This document shows positions 1 through 6,616 of a DNA stretch of 32,000 nucleotides, one piece after another (position 1 is the first letter of the stretch; the number at the start of each line of letters is the position of its first letter). Under the pieces are notes generated by a model. The model had not been told where the DNA came from, searched no databases, and saw nothing but the letters and a program-made list of their open reading frames with translations. This DNA is from Pseudothioglobus sp. nBUS_23 (lineage in GTDB: Bacteria > Pseudomonadota > Gammaproteobacteria > PS1 > Pseudothioglobaceae), in assembly GCF_051201565.1 (NCBI RefSeq), contig NZ_CP179200.1, positions 900,001 to 932,000 on the forward strand, written 5' to 3'. Made by a program: the position numbers and the translations under genes.

Positions 1-294
1 AATCCTGAGTTCGCCTTTTGGTTCGACCTTGCCCTCTCTGATTCTATCTTCTGAGCATTCGACACTTGTTAAGATATTTTTAACATCATCAAGATACTGT
101 TCGCCAGCCTCAGTTAAGTTTATATTCCTTGTAGTGCGGTTAAGTAGTCTTACTCCTAATGCAGATTCTAAGGTATTAATACGACGACTCACTGTTGCAG
201 CACTTGTGCTTAGTCTATCTGCAGCTAAATTAAAACTTCCTGCTTCAACCACAGCCTTAAATGTCTCTAAATCAGTAAAAGTATATTGTTTCAT
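1..294 (-). CDS. LysR-family transcriptional regulator, N-terminal winged-HTH part (gene continues beyond the window start)
   Basis: Absent from the ORF track because it has no stop inside the window. The reverse complement from ATG (294..292) reads MKQYTFTDLETFKAVVEAGSFNLAADRLSTSAATVSRRINTLESALGVRLLNRTTRNINLTEAGEQYLDDVKN..., the canonical LysR HTH signature. It is open for all 98 codons to the window edge. The listed + ORF 29..352 is its antisense shadow. Confidence 0.85.
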   Translation of the reverse strand, partial: MKQYTFTDLETFKAVVEAGSFNLAADRLSTSAATVSRRINTLESALGVRLLNRTTRNINLTEAGEQYLDDVKNILTSVECSEDRIREGKVEPKGELRI

Positions 295-296
295 AT

Positions 297-336
297 TATG
301 CAATAGTATATTAATAAAGTCGATATTTATTGCATA
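297..336. promoter_or_regulatory. Inverted repeat TATGCAATA-N22-TATTGCATA next to the LysR start codon; candidate LysR operator
   Basis: Perfect 9-bp arms at 297-305 and 328-336, 31 bp centre to centre (about 3 helical turns). It lies in the 169-bp divergent intergenic region between the LysR gene and the small ORF at 464. Confidence 0.3.
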
Positions 337-463
337 TTGTAAATCATTATAATTTTGTTTTCAATGACTCATCGCTATTTATCTGCAGAGGCGTAGCAAT
401 ATTTAGTCAGCCAGAACTATAAGTCAAAATCTGGCGTTTTTTTAATAAACTAAAGGAAGAATA

Positions 464-613
464 ATGGCTAATGTAAAAAAAGAAAATGGAACCTGTGGAT
501 GCGGAAGGTCACCCACTGGCGATTGTATCGGTTGGCATATGTTAACTGAAGAGGAATATGCATCAAAAACTGAGGCTGATAAAGAGGCTGTGTTTGAGCA
601 AAGTGAAAGCTAG
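464..613 (+). CDS. Small 49-aa Cys3-His protein of unknown function (CDGSH-like spacing)
   Basis: Below the ORF-track size cutoff. ATG at 464 is preceded by a strong SD (AAGGAAG, 453-459) and the stop is TAG 611-613. Translation: MANVKKENGTCGCGRSPTGDCIGWHMLTEEEYASKTEADKEAVFEQSES. A hairpin follows at 627-651. The gene is divergent from the LysR gene. Confidence 0.55.
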   Translation: MANVKKENGTCGCGRSPTGDCIGWHMLTEEEYASKTEADKEAVFEQSES

Positions 614-619
614 AATAGT

Positions 620-651
620 TAAAAATTGCAGCTCCTAACCACGGAGCTGCA
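620..651 (-). terminator. Intrinsic terminator of the minus-strand aminotransferase operon (its hairpin may also stop the + strand small ORF)
   Basis: 9-bp perfect stem TGCAGCTCC / GGAGCTGCA (627-635 / 643-651) with a 7-nt loop. On the minus-strand RNA it is followed by ATTTTTAA. It sits between convergent genes ending at 613 and 677. Confidence 0.6.
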
Positions 652-676
652 TACCATTAACACCAACAAGAATAAA

Positions 677-1912
677 TTATATTTGTTTTAAAGCACTAAT
701 GAGTTTGCTTACATCTTCATGATTATTGTAGTGAACCATGCTGGTTCTTACAACACCATCATCCACGTCTATACTCAGAGCCATTAAACATCTCCAGGCA
801 TAGAAATTATCATTCCTTGTTGCAATCCCATGCTTTACAAGCTCACTACTTAAATCTTTGGATGACTTGTTTTTCATGGTAAAGGCAATTGTTGGCGCTC
901 TATCTTTGCCAGTGATTGTTTTCTTGCCGATGAGTCTTATGTCACTTCTATTACTCAAGTAATCAAGAAGTGGATTTGCAATCTCCTTTTCATGTTCTGC
1001 AATTAATTCATTTACCTTATGAATTTTCTCTCTAATAGGAGGGTTTTCACCAGGGAAGTGGTGCTCAAAGAGGTTCATAAAGTATTCATAAACTCCAACT
1101 AAACATGAGAGCTCTTCATGATTTGGACCACCTGGATTAAGAGTGTAGGGCACATCACCCTCTAAAAACTCATGATTTTGATTAGGTAGTTGATTAAGAA
1201 TCTCTTTTTTTCCATACAAAAGACCTAAATGAGGCCCATACGTCTTATAAAGACTAAAAGCATAAAAATCAACGTCTAGGCTCTTTACATCTGGGAATCC
1301 ATGGGGAGCATAAGAGACACCATCTCCAACGATGAATGCATCGTATTGATGGACCAGTTCAGCGATTGATTTTAGATCGTTAATAGAGCCAACGATGTTA
1401 GAGCAATGAGTAACGGCAACAATCCTTGTTTTCTCAGATAGGAGTTCTTTAAGGTCATCCACATCAAGCTCGGCAGTATCGCTATTGGTTTGCCATTCTT
1501 TGACCACCATGCCGTGCTCGGCTAATCGTCTCCAGGCGCCAATGTTAGCCTCATGATCCTGGTTCGTAACAATAACCTCATCACCAGGCTTCAAGAGGCT
1601 TCTTATAGCATTGGATAAGACATACATGTTCATCGTTGTAGAGCTACCAATAATGATTTCATCGTTTCCAGCATTAATCATTTCAGCAAAATAATTAGTT
1701 GCTTTATCCATATTTTCTCCAGCTATAGCCGAGGTATCAAACTCTGCGTATGGCTGAACTTTAGTAGAGGTCATAAAATGATTTAAGCGCTCGATTACAG
1801 TAGATGGGACATAGCTTCCACCAGCATTTTCAAAAAAGGACCATTTGGCACTTAATGGATCATTAAAAGCTGGGAATTGTGTTCTTACATAATCAATGTC
1901 AAGTTTTGGCAT
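677..1912 (-). CDS. Class V PLP-dependent enzyme, cysteine desulfurase-like (NifS/SufS/CsdA fold) aminotransferase/lyase
   Basis: 411 aa. Motifs: HCSNIVG, PLP-lysine block FSLYKTYGPHLGLLYG, and a C-terminal block GIATRNDNFYAWRCLMAL...RTSMVHYNNHEDV that aligns by eye with SufS GIAVRTGHHCAMPLMAY...RASLAMYNTHEEV. SD AAGGAGA lies upstream, and the start is 18 nt after the aldolase-like gene. Confidence 0.85.
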   Translation of the reverse strand: MPKLDIDYVRTQFPAFNDPLSAKWSFFENAGGSYVPSTVIERLNHFMTSTKVQPYAEFDTSAIAGENMDKATNYFAEMINAGNDEIIIGSSTTMNMYVLSNAIRSLLKPGDEVIVTNQDHEANIGAWRRLAEHGMVVKEWQTNSDTAELDVDDLKELLSEKTRIVAVTHCSNIVGSINDLKSIAELVHQYDAFIVGDGVSYAPHGFPDVKSLDVDFYAFSLYKTYGPHLGLLYGKKEILNQLPNQNHEFLEGDVPYTLNPGGPNHEELSCLVGVYEYFMNLFEHHFPGENPPIREKIHKVNELIAEHEKEIANPLLDYLSNRSDIRLIGKKTITGKDRAPTIAFTMKNKSSKDLSSELVKHGIATRNDNFYAWRCLMALSIDVDDGVVRTSMVHYNNHEDVSKLISALKQI

Positions 1913-1930
1913 GATTTCTCCTTAAATCAA

Positions 1931-2656
1931 TTAATTTTTGTAATCGGGCTCTTCTTTATCTAATATTCTCTTGAGAGCATCAAAATGCAGTCCTGATGCA
2001 TCATAATCTTGCCACTGCTGTGCAGTTTTTTTGGCGACTTTGTGGCTAACTATATGAAGCTTTTGACCCGTTTGATAAGCTCCAATAAGTGTTTGACAAG
2101 ATTTTTCAAAGTAATATAATTCATCAAAAGCACTAGCAACTGTTTTAGCAGCAGTCAAAACGCCATGATTACCCATCAAAAGGACAGGGTTGTCACCAAG
2201 AAGCGTGCTCAATCGCTCAGCCTCTTTGCCTAAACCCATGCCACTGAAGTCTCTATCAATCGAGACCCTTTCATAAAATCGCATTGTGTTTTGATCGATA
2301 GGCTTCATTTCTTTGTCATCTAGCGAGGATAGTATGGTTGCATACTTCGGGTGAGCATGCAAAATACAACGCGCTTGAGGATTATTTCGATGAAGCGCAC
2401 TATGAATAGCCCAAGCCGTAGGATCAGGAGCATTAGGCTGATTCATCGTATCTTTGTTGTTGGCATCAATCATTATCAAGTCACTTGCTGATATTTCTGA
2501 GAAATGCATGCCTAAGGGATTTAAGAGAAATTTTGATCCGCTCTCATCAACCGCTAAACTAAAGTGGTTGGCTACAGCTTCGTGCATATTTAGCCTTGCG
2601 GCCCATCGAAAAGCAGCAGCAAGATCTTCTCGTTCTTGAGTTAAGTCATGATTCAT
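1931..2656 (-). CDS. Class II aldolase/adducin N-terminal domain family protein
   Basis: 241 aa. The metal-ligand style blocks ILHAHPKYAT and LMGNHGVLTAAKT are typical of the FucA/AraD/MtnB/adducin-head fold. Specific activity cannot be assigned. Confidence 0.8.
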   Translation of the reverse strand: MNHDLTQEREDLAAAFRWAARLNMHEAVANHFSLAVDESGSKFLLNPLGMHFSEISASDLIMIDANNKDTMNQPNAPDPTAWAIHSALHRNNPQARCILHAHPKYATILSSLDDKEMKPIDQNTMRFYERVSIDRDFSGMGLGKEAERLSTLLGDNPVLLMGNHGVLTAAKTVASAFDELYYFEKSCQTLIGAYQTGQKLHIVSHKVAKKTAQQWQDYDASGLHFDALKRILDKEEPDYKN

Positions 2657-2705
2657 ATTTGCTAAGTTTAACCTCTTAAATTAATGAAGGCAAAACAAAT
2701 GCAGA

Positions 2706-3428
2706 TTAGGCGTCAGGGTTTCCGATGGTTGTTGTGTAGCTAAACATATCAGCTCTGCCTGTTGTGATTCTAAACTCTACTAAGCCCTTGTCCTTAGCAT
2801 AGGAGTGTCGATTTAAAATAACGACTGGATCGCCTTTATTAATGTGAAGTATTTCAGCAATCTCGTCATCAGAGATGCCCGCTGTTAAAACTTCCTGTGA
2901 TGAGGTAATTTGTGTGTCGAATTGCTTAAGAATAACCGCATATAAGAGATCAGGAATGTGAATTGAGTGATCTTGCAAGCCTTCAACAACCTCAGCAACC
3001 CACCATGACTTTTCAACAATAATAGGACTTTTTTTATCGATATAGCCAAGCCTCTCAAGATAAATCACGTCATCTCCCTGATTGATTCCAAGCTGAAAGG
3101 CTATTTCTGCGGAGGCTTTTTGTTTAACTCGGACTGGAGTTGTTTTGAAGATACGTATTGATGAACCGTCTTGCTTTCCATAGCTAAAGAAATTAAAGAT
3201 ACTATTGTCAAATCCATGGTCTGAGACATAGGTTCCTTTTCCATGATGTCTGTAAAGCACTTTTTGATATTCTAGTTTGTCAATCGCTTTTCTTACCGTT
3301 CCTATACTGACATTTAGCTTATTTGAGAGTTGAGATTCAGAAGGAATCAAGTCACCAATTATGAGCTCACCACTATTAATTTGATTGTTAATAAAGTCGA
3401 TTACTTTTTGATAAAGTTTTTGTGTCAT
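2706..3428 (-). CDS. GntR-family transcriptional regulator, HutC subfamily (wHTH + UTRA effector domain)
   Basis: 240 aa. N-terminal LPSESQLSNKLNVSIGTVRKAIDKLEYQKVLYRHHGKGTYV is the GntR HTH signature, and the length and C-terminal half fit a UTRA domain. It is divergent from tctA. Confidence 0.9.
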   Translation of the reverse strand: MTQKLYQKVIDFINNQINSGELIIGDLIPSESQLSNKLNVSIGTVRKAIDKLEYQKVLYRHHGKGTYVSDHGFDNSIFNFFSYGKQDGSSIRIFKTTPVRVKQKASAEIAFQLGINQGDDVIYLERLGYIDKKSPIIVEKSWWVAEVVEGLQDHSIHIPDLLYAVILKQFDTQITSSQEVLTAGISDDEIAEILHINKGDPVVILNRHSYAKDKGLVEFRITTGRADMFSYTTTIGNPDA

Positions 3429-3550
3429 TATGATTAAGTAGTGATTTTTTGTTGAATATTTTAAATATTATTTTGGCTCTATTTATATTGATTTAATCAG
3501 TTATTTCTACACTTTGAATTTATTTTTTTCTGTGTAGTTAAATTTTTTTA

Positions 3551-3579
3551 TTGACAATTAAATATCGTAAGTGTAGCAT
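3551..3579 (+). promoter_or_regulatory. Sigma70-like promoter for the tctABC operon
   Basis: TTGACA (3551-3556), 17-nt spacer, TAGCAT (3574-3579). It lies about 70 nt upstream of the tctA ATG, and SD GAGGGG lies just before position 3648. Confidence 0.45.
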
Positions 3580-3584
3580 GCTTT

Positions 3585-3620
3585 ACTCATGTATATGAGT
3601 TTTTATAGTCATATATATGA
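3585..3620. promoter_or_regulatory. Two operator-like palindromes immediately downstream of the -10 box (candidate GntR/HutC binding sites)
   Basis: ACTCAT-GTAT-ATGAGT (3585-3600) and the perfect 12-bp palindrome TCATATATATGA (3609-3620). The core TGTATA resembles HutC-subfamily half-sites. Their position overlaps the predicted transcription start. Confidence 0.4.
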
Positions 3621-3647
3621 ATTAATATGTGTTATTGAGGGGACACA

Positions 3648-5129
3648 ATGGAATTCTTAAATTATTTTGATAATGTTTTTACTGTTTATCATATCGCACT
3701 TTTAGTTGGCGGTACATTTGCAGGCATCATTCTTGGCGCTCTCCCAGGGCTTAGTCCTACAATGTCAGTTGCTCTTCTAATCCCATTTACTTTTCATATG
3801 AAGCCTGAAAGTGGTTTAATTCTACTTGGCGCTATGTATACGGCAACAGTAGCTGGTGGTGCAATAAGTGCCATACTGGTTAACGTTCCGGGAGCCCCTG
3901 CTAATATAGCTACGGCAATGGATGGTCACAAAATGGCCCAGAGTGGTAAAGCCAAAGATGCTCTCCATTATTGTTTTATGAGTTCTTTTGTTGGCGGTAT
4001 TTTCGGTGTGTTCATTCTAATATTTTTTACACCTCCTCTCGCAGCATTGTCTCTTAAGTTTATGTCAACTGAGTTATTCTGGGTTGCTATTCTAGGAATC
4101 ACTATTATTGCTACTTTGGATTCAAAGTCAGTAATTAAAGGGTTGATATCTGGTTTGTTTGGGCTCATGCTTGCAACTATTGGGGAGCACCCTACAAGCG
4201 CTATGGAGCGATTTGTTTTTACTGATCACCTAGAAGGTGGAGTTCATATCGTTGTTGGTCTTATTGGCTTATTTGCGATGCCCCAAGTTTGGAATCTTTT
4301 AGAGAATTTTTATGGCCGTAAAAATGAAGTATTCTCTGCTACTGGTGACTCAACGTTAGCACAATCTTTTAGGCTAGTTTCTGGAAAAATTAAAGCCCTT
4401 TCAATAGGCTCTATTATAGGATCTGTAATTGGAATAATCCCTGGTGCAGGAGGTCAAATTGCAGGTATTGTTGCTTATGACCAATCTAAAAAAGTAAGCT
4501 CAAATAGATCGAACTATGGAAAGGGTGAGCCTGAGGCGATTATTGCTGCAGAGAGCGCTAATAACTCCATGGTAGGGCCTTCATTAATTCCACTTTTAAC
4601 CTTAAGTATTCCTGGAAGTCCAACTGCAGCGGTCCTGCTTGGTGGCTTGCTGATTCATGGAATCTTTCCAGGGCATGACATCTTTACAAAAAATACAGAG
4701 GTTGTTTGGACGTTTATTGATTCTTTAATCATTGCACAGATCTTGATGTTAATTATTGGACTTTTTTTAAGTCGCCATAGTAAGTGGATCATGAAAGTTC
4801 CAGACAACTATATGGCAGTTGGTATCTTACTATTAGCGGTATTTGGCACCTACAGCATACAGAATGACTATTCTGATGTTCTCATTATGTTTGTTTTGGG
4901 AACTATTATGTACTTTGGAGGTAAGGCTGGTTTCAGTCCTGTTCCTGTTGTACTTGGCTTAATTTTGGGCACAATGACCGAAGAAAAATTCCTTCTAGGT
5001 AATATGATAGGAAACGCAAAGGGTAGCTCCTTTCAACACTTTACCTCAGGAACAATTAACCTTATTCTAATAACATTATGTTTTGCCTCAATTGCTTATG
5101 GCATCTACTCTAGTCGAAAATCTAAATAG
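3648..5129 (+). CDS. tctA: Tripartite tricarboxylate transporter (TTT) large permease TctA
   Basis: 493 aa and polytopic. The N-terminus GGTFAGIILGALPGLSPTMSVALLIPFTF, IPGAGGQIAG and LTLSIPGSPTAAVLLG are typical TctA blocks. Confidence 0.9.
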   Translation: MEFLNYFDNVFTVYHIALLVGGTFAGIILGALPGLSPTMSVALLIPFTFHMKPESGLILLGAMYTATVAGGAISAILVNVPGAPANIATAMDGHKMAQSGKAKDALHYCFMSSFVGGIFGVFILIFFTPPLAALSLKFMSTELFWVAILGITIIATLDSKSVIKGLISGLFGLMLATIGEHPTSAMERFVFTDHLEGGVHIVVGLIGLFAMPQVWNLLENFYGRKNEVFSATGDSTLAQSFRLVSGKIKALSIGSIIGSVIGIIPGAGGQIAGIVAYDQSKKVSSNRSNYGKGEPEAIIAAESANNSMVGPSLIPLLTLSIPGSPTAAVLLGGLLIHGIFPGHDIFTKNTEVVWTFIDSLIIAQILMLIIGLFLSRHSKWIMKVPDNYMAVGILLLAVFGTYSIQNDYSDVLIMFVLGTIMYFGGKAGFSPVPVVLGLILGTMTEEKFLLGNMIGNAKGSSFQHFTSGTINLILITLCFASIAYGIYSSRKSK

Positions 5130-5133
5130 AATT

Positions 5134-5565
5134 ATGAATAGACCTTTTAAAATTTCTACAGTTCTAATCACTCTTTTCAGTGCATTCTTAGTTTATGCAT
5201 CTTTTGTCTTAGGAAATAGTGAAGATTACTTATTCCCAAGGCTTATCTCAGGAACAATTGCTGTGCTATCCCTAATGCTTTGGTTTGAAAAGGGCGATGC
5301 AGACAAATCAACTAATTTCAAGGACTTAATGCCAGGTGTTGCTATCGCAACCGCATTTATCCTGTCACTTAAAATATTAGGCTTTTATTTGGCCTCTATG
5401 ATCGTGTTCTTTACTCTTGTGATGTATTACAGCAAGCCTACAGAACCAAAAGACTTTTGGCGTGTGCTACTCATAAAACTGGGTGTCACCATTGTGTTCT
5501 CTCTCACACTTTATGCGTTGTTCACTCTGCTTTTAAAGGTTCGCACACCAGAAGGTTTGTTTTAA
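5134..5565 (+). CDS. tctB: TTT small membrane subunit TctB
   Basis: 143 aa with 4 predicted TM helices, lying between tctA and tctC. I place the start at ATG 5134 (MNRPFKISTV...), 4 nt after the tctA stop. The track start at 5083 would overlap tctA by 47 nt. Confidence 0.75.
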   Translation: MNRPFKISTVLITLFSAFLVYASFVLGNSEDYLFPRLISGTIAVLSLMLWFEKGDADKSTNFKDLMPGVAIATAFILSLKILGFYLASMIVFFTLVMYYSKPTEPKDFWRVLLIKLGVTIVFSLTLYALFTLLLKVRTPEGLF

Positions 5566-5580
5566 TAAAAAGGAGAAGAA

Positions 5581-6540
5581 ATGAAAATAGTAAATATTAC
5601 AAAAGTAGCCTTATTGGCAATTGCATCTTTGATGCTTATGCCAGCTCAGGCTGACTACCCTGATAAGCCAATTGGCGTCATGGTAGCTTATGGACCAGGA
5701 GGAGCAACTGACTTCCAAGCTAGGATTGCAACTCTCGCATCTGGAAAGGAAGGACTTATTGGCCAACCTATATACATCCTTAATAAGCCAGGCGCTGGCG
5801 GAAGAAAGGGTTGGAACTGGTTTGCTAGCGAAGCCTCACAAGATGGATATATGTTAGGCGCTTATAACGTGCCTCACTTTATTGCTCAGTCTATTGTGTT
5901 TGATACAAAATATAATATTGACAATCTTGAGCCCGTAGGTAACTGGGGTGCAGATCCTGCTGTATTAATCGTAGGAAAAGATAGTCCCTTTAATACAGTT
6001 GGAGAATTGCTAGCTCATGCAGAAGCAAATCCAGGAGCTGTAACAATCAGTGGTGCTGGAAAGTTTGTGGGTCATCACATCGCTTTCTTGCAGTTCGCAA
6101 AAGCATCAGGTGCTAATTTAACATACATACCTGCTTCAGGCGGTGTAGACGCACTTAGAATGGTTAAAGCTGGTGAGACAGTTGCCGGGTTTAATAATCT
6201 TTCTGACTCTGCAAGAAGTGCAGCTGATCTAAAGATTCTAGCGGTTGCTGACCTTACAAGACACGAGTACCTTCCTGATGTTCCTACATTAATGGAAAGT
6301 GGTGTCGATGTTGATGACTCTAGTGTTAACTTCCGTGGACTGATGGTTCCAGCAGGAACTCCTCAGGATGTTATTGATTACCTTGCTAGCAAGGTGCCTG
6401 ATATGTTTGGTGAAAAGAAGACAGTTGGTAAGATGAAATCAACTAATTCACCTGCAAGGATAATGACTAGACGAGAAGTTGTAAGCATGTGGAATGAAAG
6501 ACAGGTTTATTTAACTGAGCTTTTAGCTGGTCTTCAGTAA
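5581..6540 (+). CDS. tctC: TTT periplasmic substrate-binding protein (TctC/Bug family)
   Basis: 319 aa. It has a signal peptide ending AQA/DYPDKPI, the characteristic Bug-family mature N-terminus, and PGGATD and KPGAGG blocks. SD AAGGAG lies upstream. Confidence 0.9.
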   Translation: MKIVNITKVALLAIASLMLMPAQADYPDKPIGVMVAYGPGGATDFQARIATLASGKEGLIGQPIYILNKPGAGGRKGWNWFASEASQDGYMLGAYNVPHFIAQSIVFDTKYNIDNLEPVGNWGADPAVLIVGKDSPFNTVGELLAHAEANPGAVTISGAGKFVGHHIAFLQFAKASGANLTYIPASGGVDALRMVKAGETVAGFNNLSDSARSAADLKILAVADLTRHEYLPDVPTLMESGVDVDDSSVNFRGLMVPAGTPQDVIDYLASKVPDMFGEKKTVGKMKSTNSPARIMTRREVVSMWNERQVYLTELLAGLQ

Positions 6541-6566
6541 AGTCTATATATTTAAAATAAATATAG

Positions 6567-6600
6567 CTAGGGAGTGTTTTTCAACTCCCTAGTTTTTTTT
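6567..6600 (+). terminator. Rho-independent terminator after tctC
   Basis: 9-bp stem CTAGGGAGT / ACTCCCTAG (6567-6575 / 6584-6592), an 8-nt loop, then T8 (6593-6600). Confidence 0.8.
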
Positions 6601-6616
6601 CAAAAATTGATTCAAC

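Noticed and set aside
29-352. 107-aa + strand ORF from the track
   Set aside because: It lies exactly antisense to a clear LysR-family HTH reading frame (1-294, minus strand). It has no recognisable motif and runs on into the intergenic region, so it is a shadow ORF.
410-443. Hairpin GCCAGA-N14-TCTGGC followed by T7, which looks like an intrinsic terminator upstream of the small ORF
   Set aside because: It has only a 6-bp stem with a 14-nt loop, and there is no + strand gene upstream for it to terminate. It might be a leader attenuator or sRNA end, but the sequence alone does not support a call.
5083-5133. Upstream extension of the tctB ORF that overlaps tctA by 47 nt
   Set aside because: The in-frame ATG at 5134 lies 4 nt after the tctA stop and gives a typical TctB of about 143 aa. 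The extension reads like out-of-frame tctA sequence.
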